Assembly: GCA_964016885.1 (NCBI GenBank)
Contig: OZ024742.1
Span: 237,894,001-237,958,000, forward strand
Origin: Eledone cirrhosa
Lineage: Eukaryota
Length of the DNA stretch: 64,000 nucleotides
Direction of reading: 5' to 3'
Shown here: in pieces, positions 12,308 through 26,650 of the stretch
How the letters are laid out: every line of letters starts with the position of its first letter
Position numbering within the stretch: position 1 is the first letter of the stretch
Program-made: the position numbers and the translations under genes
Notes under the pieces: generated by a model
Told to the model about the DNA's origin: nothing
Seen by the model: the letters and a program-made list of their open reading frames with translations, nothing else
Database searches by the model: none

Positions 12308-13681
12308 AGAGTATTGAAGTGTGCTTGAAGCATTGTGGAATAATAAGATATATATTCTTTTTTGGTCGTTTTGGAAGCCTCAACAATGTAGATGGGTAAT
12401 TCTCCGGGTAACAAGATCCGGTGGTGAAGAGAGAGATGTAGGTGAATGTAGAATGAGATGTATAGTGTGTAGAAGAACGTAGGAAAGACCGTAAAAAATA
12501 AAAATAATAACACGAGATAGAGTTACCTTGGGACAAATTTAATTGTCCCTATATTTAGGATTCACATCCATCAACTGGGGGGGGGGGGTTATCTGTCGGA
12601 GAGGAGGGATACGTGTCCTCTGCTGTTCGTTGTTTTGAATATCTGAGGTATTCAGCAGAGCGCGCGCGGATTGAGTTCGGTCAAGCAGAGGTCGACGGCC
12701 GAAATAGTTCTTTTAATTGTGGAGTGGGATGGCGTTAGCCGTCAATCCATTGTATGATCTGTCTGTGCTGGTTTCTGCATTAACAGTGTTGTATAGTGTA
12801 TTTGTGTGGTGGTGGTATTCGCCTGCCTGTTTGGTGAATGTTACTGTGTGTGTGTGCGTGTGTTGTTGTCTGGTTTGTGTGTGTGTGTGCGTGTGTTGTT
12901 GTCTCGCTTGTGTGTGTGTGTGTGCGTGTGTTGTTGCCTCGTTTGTTTAAACCAACCCCCTCATTTCGCTTCTCTCGGATCTTTTAATTATTTGTGGCCC
13001 TAGGCGTTTTATCCAAAGTGCTTCCTTGATTCGTAACGTGCTGACGTTGGGTTCTGTCGCTAGCATTGTGACAATGGGCCTTCCGTCTTTGTTTCTGCAT
13101 TTGGTTATGTGTTTCCGGAAAGACACATCAACACCAGGGCCTCATCTTTCCGGAAACACATAACCAAATGCGGAAACAAAGACGGAAGGCCCATTGTCAC
13201 AATGCTAGCGACAGAACGCAACGTCGGCACGTTACGAATCAAGGAAGCACTTTGGATCAAACGCCTAGGGCCACAAATAAATAACCGATCGGAGAGAAGC
13301 GAAATAAGGGGGTTGGTTTAAACAAACGAGGCAACAACACACGCGCACACACACAAGCGAGACAACAACACACACACACAGTAACATTCACCAAACAGGC
13401 AGACGAAATGAGTTGGTTTAAACAAACGAGACAACAACACACACACACGCACACACAGTAACATTCACCAAACAGGCAGGCGAATACCACCACCACACAA
13501 ATACACTATACAACACTGTTAATACAGAAACCGGCACAGACAAATAATACAATGGATTGACAGCTAACTCCACCCCACTCCCACAATTAAAAGAACTATT
13601 TCGGCCGTCGACCTCTGCTTAACAGAACCCATTCCGCGCGCGCGCGCGCGCTCTGCTGAATACATCAGATATTCAAAACAA
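12306..13681. mobile_element. Palindromic PLE 3' fragment (GIY-YIG C-terminus plus 3' UTR)
   Basis: Arms 12630-13123 and 13145-13681 are inverted. ORF 13109-13321 SSFRKHITKC..LRIKEALWIKRLGPQINNR is a typical PLE endonuclease end. Confidence 0.8.
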
Positions 13682-14249
13682 ATTTTTATTTTTACGCTGT
13701 TTTTATAAGCTCCTTTTCATAGGAACCGGCGTGTCTATAAATATTTTATGAGAATTTCAAACGTAACCAAACGCTTCGATGCTTCATATTTTCACGTGTG
13801 TCCCCTTAAACTATTTCTCAGGGAAATTCAGCGTGATCCAGAGCGTGGCAAGGATGGCCCCTTTGAATTCCAGATGCTGTATATCCGACGGTCTTCCATA
13901 GTGTTTCCGTCTTCTCACTTTCACTCACAAAGCATGGTTTGACCACAGGTTATGGTAAATGACAATTGCCTAAGATGCCCATCTTAAGTCCGACTTTTAA
14001 CATGTAACTCAGTATAATCGACTAAACAGGTATCACACCAGGCCGGCTTGGTGAGGACGGTGACCTTTGTACATCCTGCTGAATGAAAAACAAACCCTGC
14101 CAAGGGGTGAGAAGTACCCTCCTTTGGATCACCATTACTTTAAAGAAAGAACTCGGTGCAGGTTATCGTGACATCAGGATTAGAGAGAGTGTTAAATCCT
14201 TGGTATGATCAAAGAGACCTCTCTACCCTATGGTTTAATGGAATTTTAA

Positions 14250-14812
14250 ATTGGCAGTATCGGTAGAGCGTCGGACAACATACTTCGCGGCGGAGTGGCC
14301 CTTTACGTTGTGAGTTCAAATCCCGTCGAGGTTAGCTTTGCCTTTCCTTCTTACGGGGTCGATAAAATAAAGCACCAGTAACGTACTTGGGTCGACTTAA
14401 TCGACTTCCCCCTCCCCCCAAATTACTGGCCTTGCGCCTATACTAGAAATCATTATGATATACTATTAATAATTGTTTCTACTTTAGGCACAAGGCCAGC
14501 AATTACCCAGTACCTTACTGGTACTTTATTTTATCGACCCCGTAAGGATGAAAGGCAAAGTTAACCTCGGCGGGATTTGAACTCAGACTGCAAAGGGACG
14601 TAACTATGCTAGAAAGCATGGCGTCCAACCCTCTACCGATACTGCCAATTCACCGCCCTCTTGATATACTATTAATAATTGTTTCTACTTTTTGGCACAA
14701 GGCCAGCAATTACCCAGTACATTACTGGTACTTTATTTATCGACCCCGTAAGGATGAAAGGCAAAGTTAACCTCGGCGGGATTTGAACTCAGATCATATA
14801 TACTATTAATAA
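14250..14812. mobile_element. Cluster of three SINEs (+14250-14450, -14472-14659, -14678-14795)
   Basis: SINE sequence; the target motif atatactattaat recurs near 14458, 14664 and 14798. Confidence 0.85.
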
Positions 14813-16199
14813 TGAAGTAAATTATTATTGACAGTTATTTCATCATCTGATATACTTGCTTATTGAATTTCACGTGTAAGTGGCAGAGTATCCAATATTC
14901 TGTGTGAATTATAGGTACACTCAACCCGACTGGCTTCTAATCACTTTCCGTTTACCCAATATTTACAAGGCTTCAGTCGACCCGAGGCTATAATAAAAGA
15001 CATCTACCTAAGATGCCACATTATGAGATCGAACTCTGAACCTCATGATTTTCATGTGAACTTCATAACAATCCCGACTAAACACATGCAGTCTGTCTAC
15101 TCAGTTTATTTTTCATCTATCTCCACTAACTTTGGGTCGACCGGAGATTATAATAATAGGCTTCCGTTCAAGATGCTCGACATAGAATCAAATCCAGGAT
15201 TTCGTTATGGCGAATCGAATTTCGTATTAAATCAACAATGCTACATTGATTATAAATGTCAGTGTGTAAAAATATTTAATCGTAATTTTATTAACGGATT
15301 TCTATAAAAGGAAATGTTGCTGTCGGTCATTTCAAGAATTCTTCAAGATCGGACTTATATTTGGTAACACAGTTACGTCAGAACTATATATATTATTTCC
15401 AGAATATTTCAAGACCTATATTTGGTAACATCGTTACGTCAGAACTATTTAACGTAATATTCATAACAGTGTAGTTTATATTTAAAACCAATTTATCGTA
15501 TGTAATCATCGAACGGGTTACCTTTAGAGCAGAAATATATACTGATCTATACATTGGCACAATACTGCAATTTGGAAGACAAGAAAATCGATTAAATCGA
15601 TCCCCGTACTTTATTTAGATAAACTCGGCATGAATGAAATGCAAAGTTGACATCAGCGGAATTTAGACTAAGAATGTAAAGAGTCGCACGGTATTTATAT
15701 CCTACGTTCTATTGATTCCGCCTACCTACCGCCACAAAGATAAATATTGAAAACAATCATGGGCACTGCCCTTCATTTCCTGATTAACATTTAACGACCT
15801 GTTTTACATGAAACTGCATTAACTAGACAGTCTTAAAAAGTACAAAACAACACTACGATTGCATCACATTGCACAGTAACATCTTTACTCCAATACTGTA
15901 AATTTCCACAAGGAAATGTCTACTAGTAAACATGCTACTAACACACAAGGTAATCCACAAACGCAATTTAAAATATTTTCTGCTAAATCATTACAGAATG
16001 TTAAGGGTTAAGCACAAACAACAGGCTGCGCTAAAATTGTATTTCTTTGATACTTTGGATATTTCGAAGTGAAAACCATATAGAGTCTTCATGCCAGTTT
16101 TTATTTCCAGTTAAACAATTCCTTCTACCCTAACAACTTTCGTTGACAAAGGAACAAATATCAAAATAACATTATTCTATGCATTTGTATGCGATCTAA

Positions 16200-16560
16200 T
16201 GGACACAGGCATGCCTAAGTGGTTAAGAAGTTTGTTGCGCAATTATGAATTACCATGTTTAATCTAAGTGCGCAGCATCTTACGTAAGTCTCTTTACTGT
16301 AGTATCGAGTAGATCCAAGCAGTGTGAGTAGCACAGTTGTGAAGGTGAAAAATATATGGAAACTCGTAGAATTGATTGTACTTGCAATATAATTTTGGAC
16401 ACAGCATGACCGAATGGTTAAGACGTTCGCTTTACAACCACAAGGTCGCGGGTTCGATTACAATGTGTGAAATGTTGACCAAATTTCATTTATTGTAGTT
16501 TTCGATCGATACAAGCCTTGTGAGTAAATTAAATAGAGGGAAAATGTTCAGTAGTTCGTT
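16200..16560 (+). mobile_element. Two old tRNA-headed SINE copies of another family
   Basis: ggcatgcctaagtggttaag at 16208 and agcatgaccgaatggttaag..ggttcgatt at 16403-16459 (A/B boxes) with similar downstream bodies. Confidence 0.55.
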
Positions 16561-17846
16561 GGATGGATTGTACCTGTAATTGTACCAGGTCACACACTGC
16601 GTCACGCTCAATTTCCATAAAAATTATGTAGATTACACGCGATATTCAGTCAGTTAATCTATAATAAAAGATGAACTGTACCTATACCATATATGGACAG
16701 CCTTGTCACACTGAATCTCCATGACAATTGCCTAAAGTACACGTTTCAATAGAATGCTCAACCCCTTTCGCGTTAAAGTCATGAGCTGTCTCTTTCGTTG
16801 ATCAAACAACTGGAACACTCGTTGCCGGAGCCGGTCAGAGATCCAGCAACAAATCATGTGTTACTGGAATACTCAGCCACTTACCTAGTCTGTTTTGTTG
16901 ATAGGATAATTGTAATGGTGCTACTTTAACGTGTGGTCTACCGCAATATCATCAGTTCACACTGTGAAGCGACCTGATCTGTCTACCGCGTTACTGTGAG
17001 GCTAATTTTGTAGTTGAAGTTGACTACGTACTGAACTGTAAATTTTCAAGTAATCCACACATTGAACTGTCAATGTGCACGCTGAACGATTAGGTAGACG
17101 GCGCACCAAAATAGCGCCACTGAACGATTGTTGTAGAAACCGACGGAGGTCCATTTCTGTTCATGTTTATTAGGAGCTAATCTTGAACTTCAGTTTAGAA
17201 CAAAGTTAATTAAAAATGAATCATACGCAAGAATCTAGTTAGTTAATTTGTTAGGCAAGAATGAAATTGACATTTTCCTTAAATTATTAGAAAAGATTTA
17301 GAAATTAAAAATGCAATGGGAAGTATCATTATCGATTTATTTAGTTATTTATTTATTTAATTGTTTATTTATTTATTTTATTTTATTTTATTTTCGCGGC
17401 TGATTTTGTGTTTAATAAAATTAGAGAACAAAATTAAATGTCTTCCATCAGCATATAGCTTGTGTGGCATTTTCTTTGGAAAAACCTTCATTATTCTTTT
17501 ATTGGTTTGCCATTAGACTACGGGCATGCTGGGGTATGACTTGATGGGATTTAGAGAGTCATGTCTAAAGAGAATTTTTTTAAAAGTCTGTTATTATTTT
17601 ACCTTTTATTCTTTGTCGAACTGTTTGAAGACAGGATATAAACACATACAAACGTAAATATAGACTTGGATACACAGACACATGTGTGTATATACGAGTA
17701 TGTATATATATATATACATATATATATATATACACATGTATCTGTGTGCTCTAGTCTATTTTTACATTTGTTGAAAGAGAGAGATAAATAGAGAGAGAGA
17801 GACAGAGAAAGAAAGAGCAATATACATATATATATTACTCTTTCTT

Positions 17847-17958
<112 letters not shown>

Positions 17959-17984
17959 TGCATATGTTCTGTATGTGTTCTGTC

Positions 17985-18840
17985 TACTCTTTTATACTCC
18001 TCCGAAACCTGGACGCTATTCCGTAAACATATCAAATTTCTTGAGCGTTTTCAGCAGAAATGTCTAGGGTGCATATTCAACATCAAGTGGCAAGACAGAA
18101 CTCCTAATATCGATATTAAGAGTTCTGACTTGCCACTTGATGTTGAATATGTCAAGACATATCGTCCGCATAAAAGAAGCGGGATCCCGAAGCAACTGTT
18201 TTACGGAGAGTGCCATCCTGGAAACAAGGCCTCAACACAAACTGAAAATGAGGTACAAGGACAGTATCAAGAACAACTTCAAAGAGCTGGCATTTGATAT
18301 AGACAACTGGGAGGAGATAGCTCTAAATAGGGCTGGGAAGAGAAGGCGCACAATGGGTAGTTGCAACACGTTTGAAGAATGTCGCTTAGAATATAAACAA
18401 CTGAAGCGTTAGCTCCGGAAGGACTATGCTCACAGTCTTGATGAATACATCAGTAGTTGAACATGTAAATTCTGTCAATGTGTACTCCTCCCGAAAGCTG
18501 GTTGCGTTAATCACCCGAAGCCACATGAAAGAACTATCACCCGCAGCACCACTCAACAAAGGTCTGGTGAAACAACGTGCGTAGAACTAGTTCCGTAGCA
18601 TATAAAGATTGTATCCCACAAAATGACCCCACCAATCCTGTGGAAAGCACAACTCTCGTCAGTCACCTGTGTTGTAAACCATGCAGATCTGCAGCTGGTC
18701 TACAAAGTCATCTACGAAGTCATGGACGTGGGTGGGATGACAATGAAGAATCAATAAGACACGGAAATCGTCTGTGAAGATGCTGCAATCCTCATGTATG
18801 TATGTATGTATGTATGTATGTATGTATGTATGTATGTATG
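17985..18840 (+). mobile_element. RTE-clade LINE 3' fragment with C2H2-like tail and (TATG)n end
   Basis: [75 protein letters not shown]. Confidence 0.85.
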
Positions 18841-20414
18841 CATGTATGTATTATGTATTATGTATGTATTAAAAGGGCGAAAGAACTCATAAGAGTCAAC
18901 GGCCATCCAAAAATGTGTAAATATGTATGCACATGTGTATATATGGATGCATGTATATATGTGTATGCATATGTATGTATATGCGCGGGGACATAGAAAT
19001 AGTCGGGATGGATACCCGATCGTGTGGTTAAACCACTGGGAGTAAAGAACCTCCTGCCTTTGTCTGAGCATTCTTCTAGGAGAAGTCAACTCAGGAAACT
19101 GGGATAACTCCGATATAAAATCTGCGGCTCGGTAGTTACTGATGATGTTAATATTTTCTTCTTTTCGGGTTATAGCTACTGTCGCTCGGTGCTCAGTCCT
19201 TCCTCACTTTAAAAAAATCTTCACACGCAGGTATTGCGCGATAGCATTAATTGATACTTATTAATAATGTTATATCGTGCAATGGCCATACTCGATAACG
19301 AGGGGGCAGCCATCATGTATGTATGTATGTATGTATGTATGACCCCTTAGCCTTTGTCAAGGCAGAATTCTAGGAGAAGGAAAACTCTGATATAACACCT
19401 GCAACCCTGATGGTATCCAATGATGTTGACTTGTTCTTCTTTTTGGTAAATATCATATTGGTTAAGAGAGTGGGACTGGCTTTGTGCAGTGCCTTTGCTC
19501 ACTATAAAAGCTTCACGGCACAGGCATTGCTTTATATCTGGAGATCTCTTTGCACTTGTCGTCACATGGTAGCATGGGCCCAGCACTATGTGTCAATAAT
19601 TGTCACAAGTGTAGTGTTTGTACCAGAGTTTTCAAGTCACTGGCTGGACTAAAAAGTCACACTCGTTCAGCGCATCGGTAGGGGTTCTCCTACATGGATA
19701 TAAAGTAGTGGCCATACTCGAAAACGAGTTGGCAGCCACCATGTATGTATGTATGTATCTGACGATCGACTCTTCTCCCTTTCTTTATCAAATGTCCAGC
19801 CTGGTCACATATTGTTTCACCCTGATTCTACCTGGATAATCATGTTAAAGGTACTCATGTCTATCGAATATTCAACCAGTTGCACGTTGATTTAACAAAT
19901 CTAACGTTCAGTTGAACGAATAAGTGAATGCTCGTCATCGAAACTATTGGAAGAGGAAGGAGCCATCACCATCAACCGATAGTTTATTATTTATGTTATG
20001 AAATAATTATACGGTTTTCTTCCAGTTGTCAATTCAGCTTTCCTATTTAGAAATTGCTATTCAAATCGTCATTTGTTGCAGTCACTTTAAAAGAAGCTAT
20101 TTAATTATTTAAAGACATTATGGAGTCATATATTTGAGTTTCCTATTTCTCCTCCATCTTGGATAATTTCCGAACTGGCGCCTGGGTAATTATCATTCCA
20201 CTCCCCTAAATACAATAATTTCAACTTATAGTTTGGTAAGCTGATGAACCTAGTTTTAACACTTCTTCTTCTGACCGCACGAAAAAATATCTATATTTAC
20301 TAACTATACATTTTCCAGTATACAGACCATAACAAATCCACCGATTTAGATATTTAGACAACGTTGCTACGTAACAAAGTTGTTTAGTTTAGTTATTATT
20401 GATCGCAGAGAATT

Positions 20415-20480
20415 ATATTGGGTCGTCAAGTATGAAATTTGTAGTGAGGCATACAAATTTCATACTTGACGATCCAATAT
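20415..20480. repeat. Isolated ~29 bp-arm hairpin
   Basis: atattgggtcgtcaagtatgaaatttgta-gtgaggca-tacaaatttcatacttgacgatccaatat. Confidence 0.8.
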
Positions 20481-20839
20481 ATTTAATTCAATTATACAAA
20501 TTTCAGTAATGCGCTTCTATGATATCAGCGCCCTCAGTTACCGCCTAGTTGGCCTTAATAGTAACACCAGATTACCAAACGTTGTAATCATTAACAATGC
20601 AGTTGTTCACTCGTAGCTGTAGTAGAAGACATATGGTTCAGGTAGGAGTGAAACCGAAACCATGGTTTGGAAGTCCATTCGATGAACTGTACATATACAT
20701 CAAAGGAGCACTGTGTCGTGCTAAATATCATTTAGAACTGTGTTAAAGGTACACGAGTATGGGAAATGATCAACGTCGTGAACATAAATTTCACGTGCAG
20801 ATCTTTCTGCTCGTCAAACTAATGGAGAATTCGTCATCG

Positions 20840-20955
<116 letters not shown>

Positions 20956-21304
20956 CATACCCCCCCCCCCACACACACACACAAACACACAGATACGTGG
21001 GAAGTGGATTTGTTAATTTATTGCATAGCGTGTGTACTTTAGAACTACGCTTAGATGTATAAGTTCGTGTAATCGTGATTTCTGACTGTATGAATATACG
21101 AATAATTGACTGTATAGTAACGACGTATGTATTGTGATGTATTGTTTTATGTTATTGCTGCTTCCAATCAGTAGCCACGCTGGGGAAACTCTTGAGCTCA
21201 TTTAGTCGTTCCTCTCAGCCCAGCACATTTTTCAGCTGTGGCATCTATCTTATCGAAGTCTTTATCAAATTGCGGCGCATAACCAGTAAAGATAACCAAA
21301 GCAC

Positions 21305-21357
<53 letters not shown>

Positions 21358-21363
21358 GCACAG

Positions 21364-21408
<45 letters not shown>

Positions 21409-21928
21409 ACGAATTTCTAAACAATTTCTGTCTACCAAATTCCACTCACTATGCATTGGTCAATCCGATGCTATAATAAAATATTTTTTCAATGCACCAC
21501 TGTGGGACTGAACTCGATACTACATGGTCGCGAAGTCACCTTCCTAACAACACAGTCTTACTACCACCTACTTCGTTATTGCTCTTAATGTTCTGAGTTC
21601 AAACACTGTCACGGTCAACTTTGCCATTCATCTTTCCTGAGTGGAGAAAATGTAGTACCACCATTGTTTCTGGTATGGTCTGACTGTGTGGTATTTGTGG
21701 AATACTCAACCACTTACAAGTTAATTTTAAGAGTAGGCTGATCCTCTAATCGAAGAACTGGATCGCTCATCGTCGAAACCGACGGAGGCTAACCCATTTC
21801 ATTATGAACGAACAAATCGAAATTCAAAATTGATTTATTTTTAGAGTAAATACAATTCGGGTGAATAAATCGAATCGTATTGTTTCTAGTATTAATTTTG
21901 TGAACATCAAAACTGCAACAAAATTAAT

Positions 21929-22111
21929 TGTTTCTACTTTAGGCACAAGGCCAGCAATTACCCAGTGCATTACTGGTACTTTATTTTATCGACCCCGTAA
22001 AGATGAAAGACAAAGTCAACCTCGGCGGGATTTGAACTCAGATCATAAAGGGACGTAACTATGCTGGAAAGCATAGCGTCCAACCCTCTACCAATACTGC
22101 CAATCCACCAC
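21929..22111 (-). mobile_element. SINE with 16-bp TSD
   Basis: TSD ctgcaacaaaattaat at 21913-21928 and 22112-22127. Confidence 0.9.
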
Positions 22112-22554
22112 CTGCAACAAAATTAATATCAGATTATCGTACGAAGTATGATACCATTGTGAAAATTTGTTGAACTAACCAAAATCTTCCAATGACTCGT
22201 CGATTCAGACTTACAGGCAGCACTATAAATACACAGAAAACGGTTATATAACCTTAATCAATTCTCGGTAATCCTTTGTGTACTAGAGAACGGTATATTT
22301 TAAAAAAGTAAAACGAAGAACTATGTGTATGAAGAGCTATTTATATTCATCATTTACATATATATGAAATGTTCCTATCTTTTGTTTTCTTTCTTGCATT
22401 GGCAAATATGTATATGCATAATACAAAATATGCTTGTGTACATAAAGAATCGCAGACATGGCTGCGTAGTTAAGGAATTTACCTTCTTCATAACCACTTG
22501 GTTTTGGGGTCAGTTCCACAGCGTAGCAAATTAGGTACTTTAACCTAGAGTTGA

Positions 22555-22604
<50 letters not shown>

Positions 22605-22632
22605 CACAACAAACACAAACCCTCCATCTCAA

Positions 22633-22677
22633 TTTTACTTTTGAAAATCATAAGAACTGTGAAACCGGTAAAGTAAA
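22633..22677 (+). ncRNA. Minimal U3-A8 HHR in a ~125 bp insert (22604-22728) between (TA)n tracts
   Basis: tttactt-TTGAAAA-tcataagaactgt-GAAA-ccg-GTA-aagtaaa: 7-bp stem I, palindromic accggt stem III, weak stem II. Confidence 0.6.
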
Positions 22678-23027
22678 TAAATAAATATTCTTAAAAGACG
22701 CCAGCTCCATTTTCAATTTCTTTTCCTTATATATATATTCATGTATGTATGTATGTATGTATGTATGTATGTATGTATGTATGTATGTATGTATGTATGT
22801 ATGTATACGTAGCGTAAGCTTTTACTCAATTTTGCTGACTGATGAAATCATAATTAAATAATCAAGTGACCACGATCGTCATTGAAATATGTATCACACC
22901 TTTGTTATTAAAAGTCTCTTTAACATCTACAACTTCGCATTTTCCTCATTATTATTATACTCCATCATCCTTATGTTGATGACGTAGCATGAGGCAGGGT
23001 GCTTGAATTGAATTGCATCTATATCTA

Positions 23028-23077
<50 letters not shown>

Positions 23078-23871
23078 CGGAAGAAATGTGGTAAGCAACC
23101 AGGTGAACCATAACGCACCAAAGTACTCAATACTTAGGGTAGTAGAGTGGGTAATAGGAACGAGTAGGATCCCGACGGCTGAGCTCAAGCCGTTTCGACG
23201 GCTAATTCTGGACTAAATGAACATTTTTATCCTGGTATTTGAATAGCCGAGCTTCTCAAGGGGTAATTCCATATATGGTCAAAGTGATTGTCACAGGGAT
23301 TGGTCAAAAGTTTGTAGTTGAGACATAATAATTCTATGATGGCAATTAGTGGAGGGAAGGGGTAGCTAAACCTGCCAGTGGGAGAAAGAGGGAGAGGAGT
23401 GGAGGAGACCCATTCATGCGTTGATAGTGCCGGCTACAGCTGGACATGAGGTCAAAGAAGATACTAGGGAGGGGGAGGGGGAGGAAGTCGAAACAGTAAG
23501 TAGAACAATGAGGGGTAAATATATAGAAAAATACTGAGAGTGTTAAATCAATTAAATTTAAAAAAAAAAAAACAATTTCTGGTTACTACGACCTAAGTCT
23601 CTCACTATTGCTAGGCTAATGAAATATACTAGGTGGGACGGAATTAAAATGAGACCCTTTTAAGAGGTATAAGTAAATAAACCGAGTATATCTTACGGTG
23701 ACGGGTCAACAAGTAAGGGGCCAAAATACTAAAGAGACTACCACGAAATAATAAAAGTTTCTACCCCAGGCACAAGGCCAGCGACCACCCAGTGCAAAAA
23801 AGTAAACTAATACGAAATAATAATTCAGAGTCCCGAAAAAGAATACTAATACTATCTCTAAGGGTGCCGCC

Positions 23872-25435
23872 GAAGTCCGACATAGGGAGAATCAGCAAAA
23901 AAATCCTAGACTGCGTGATACCAAAAGTTAAGCAACACGCCCGACTTAGCCTATGGGTCAACACCCAGGAAGTAATCTCATGGTTCAGCAATATGGAGGA
24001 AAAACGAGACACTAAATTCATCCAGTTTGACATAGAGAGTTACTATGCTTCAATCACCTTACCGCTACTTACGGCTGCCTTGGACTTCGCCGAAGCACTT
24101 GTGCGCATCACCGACCAGGAAAGAAACATCATACTCCACGCCAGGAAGAAAGTCTTACTCTTCGACAACTCCAAATGGATAAAAAGAGCTGCCGACTCAC
24201 CCTTCGACGTCAGCATGGGCGCGACGGATTCGGCGGAGGTCACAGATCTCATAGGATTATTCCTAATAGCCAAACTCACCGATATGTTTCCTGCATTCGG
24301 CGGTGGATTGTACCGTGGTGATGGGCTCCTTACCCTTAAAGGGTACAACCCCAGTAGTACAGATCGGGTCCGTAAACAATTAATCAGCTTCTTCCGCGAC
24401 TGGGGATTTAAAATAACCCTACAAACGTCCCTGACCCGAGTAAACTTCCTGGACGTTACTCTCGACCTCGATAATGACCTGTACTACCCATACAGGAAAC
24501 CTAACGACAACCTGCACTACATCCACCGCCGATCAAACCATCCTAAGAACATCACCAATAACCTGGTTAAAAACATCTCCCTCCGCATATCCCGTTTGTC
24601 AGCCAATGAGCAGATATTCGATGAACATTATTACAACCAGGCCCTCAAGCGGAGTGGTTTCCGGGAGGAAATATCCTACTGTCCAACTCCCATTAGCGGA
24701 ACCAGCAGGCGACACCGCCGCTCACGCAATGTAACATGATTCAATCCTCCCCACAACGCCGAGGTGACAACTCCTATCGGGAAAATATTCTTTAGGCTCA
24801 TTGAAAAACACTTCCCACTACAACACCGCTACCACAACATAATTAACAAAAATACCATCAAACTCTCTTACAGCACTACACCAAACTTTGCACAAAACAT
24901 CGTCTCCTCCAACAACAAAAAACTCAACCCCGATAGAAGAAATAACCTAAATAGCAGGGGAGAGCCAACCAGGAGGTGCAACTGTCCTGATGGATCCATT
25001 TGCCCCCTCAACAACAGATGCAGAGATCATAATGTGATCTACCAGTGCAACGTGAGGACGGACACCTCCAATAAAGCTTATATAGGATTAACCGCATGTG
25101 ACTTCAAGACCCGGCTATACCAACACAGACATACCTTCCGAAACCCGACCTGGCGTTACGCCACTACACTTTCGGGCCACATATGGGACCTCAAGGATAA
25201 CAATATTACCTATGATCACACTTGGAGATTACTGTCCAGAGCCAACTCTTACACGGGAGGACGCCGTCCGTGCAATTTATGCTCGGAGGAAACTTTACAA
25301 ATGCTGTTTTCGACGGACCAACTCCTAAACAAGAAAGACGAACTGGTTACTGCATGTAAACACAGATTGCGTAGGACTTACCGCGCCCTCAAACCCCATA
25401 ATGACCCGGGGGAGGGGGGTAGACTAGGGCTATAA
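23872..25435 (+). pseudogene. PLE reverse transcriptase + GIY-YIG endonuclease, inactivated
   Basis: FIQFDIESYYASI, FDVSMGATDSAEV, LYRGDG (expected YRDD), NFLDVTLD, T*FNPP (TGA 24737-24739), CNCPDGSICPLNNRC, VIYQC..AYIGLT, CNLCSEE, CKHR. Both ORF pieces are in one frame. Confidence 0.92.
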
Positions 25436-26520
25436 CACCCCACTTGCCGATTTTGTAATGGGTAACCATTGCTTGCTAAGGGAGACGTAAGATCTTCTTT
25501 TATATCTTTTTATCGCTTCCTCTATATTTCCTTCTTCCCCCCATGCCTCCCTAGTCCTTCCACCCCAGTTCTTTTTCTTTGTCGTCGTCTTTTTCTTGCC
25601 CACCCGAGGCAGCCCCTCGGTCCTTTGTAGCCTCAGTACCCCACCCCCTTCCTCTATTCTATGAGAGATTTGGCCGACTCCGCTTTTTATAGCAGATGTG
25701 TTAGACCCCGGATACTTGCCCTCTTATCCGGCCGCTGCCCCTTTTCCGTGCTTTCTATATCTCTTAGTGGCATCTTTGCTTTATTTTCTCGTTTATCAGT
25801 ATTTTTTTTGGGGGGGGGGGGGGGGGGGGGGTGATTCTGAATTAATTTTCCGTATCAAATTTTACTTTTACTTCGTACGAGCTTTTATGTAGCTTGCACT
25901 AGAACTTTTGTATCGTGGCGGCACCTTTAGAGATAGTATTAGTATTCTTTTTCGGGACTCTGAGTTATTATTTCGTATTAGTTTACTTTTTTGCACTGGG
26001 TGGTCGCTGGCCTTGTGCCTGGGGTAGAAACTTTTATTATTTCGTGGTAGTCTCTTTAGTATTTTGGCCCCTCACTTGTTGACCCGTCACCGTAAGATAT
26101 ACTCGGTTTATTTACTTATACCTCTTAAAAGGGTCTCATTTTAATTCCGTCCCACCTAGTATATTTCATTAGCCTAGCAATAGTGAGAGACTTAGGTCGT
26201 AGTAACCAGAAATTTTTTTTTTTTTTTTTTTAATTTAATTGCTTTAACACTCTCAGTATTTTTCTATATATTTACCCCTCATTGTTCTACTTACTGTTTC
26301 GACTTCCTCCCCCTCCCCCTCCCTAGTATCTTCTTTGACCTCATGCCCAGCTGTAGCCGGCACTATCAACGCATGGATGGGTCTCCTCCACCCCCTCTCC
26401 CTCTTTCTCCTACTGGCAGGTTTAGCTACCCCTTCCCTCCACTAATTGCCATCATAGAATTATTATGTCTCAACTACAAACTTTTGACCAATCCCTGTGA
26501 CAATCACTTTGACCATATAT

Positions 26521-26636
26521 GGAATTACCCCTTGAGAAGCTCGGCTATTCAAATACCAGGATAAAAATGTTCATTTAGTCCAGAATTAGCCGTCGAAACG
26601 GCTTGAGCCCAGCCGTCGGGATCCTACTCGTTCCTA
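26521..26636 (+). ncRNA. U3-A8 type I HHR of family A pLTR (antisense copies 23155-23270 and 34886-35001)
   Basis: ggaa tt acccc-TTGAGAA-g ct cggcta ttc..gaa ttagccg t c-GAAA-cggct tgagccc agcc-GTC-gggat..ttcc. Predicted cut after 26617. Confidence 0.72.
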
Positions 26637-26650
26637 TATATATATATATA

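Larger units (their letters stand above)
23077..26636 (+). mobile_element. 5'-truncated Penelope-like retroelement (family A, Naiad-like) with inverted pLTRs in (TA)n
   Basis: 23155-23871 is the reverse complement of 25917-26636; RT+GIY-YIG ORF between; TA tracts at both ends. Confidence 0.93.

Noticed and set aside
22832-22900. CTGATGA..GAAA-tatgt-ATC hammerhead-like string
   Set aside because: The stem I strands (gctga / acacc) do not pair; at most a dead relic, so it was not counted.
24737-24739. In-frame TGA between PLE RT and endonuclease as programmed readthrough or selenocysteine
   Set aside because: It falls at the expected Trp of WFNPP (TGG>TGA, one transition), not at a Cys, and the same copy has a broken YRDD motif.
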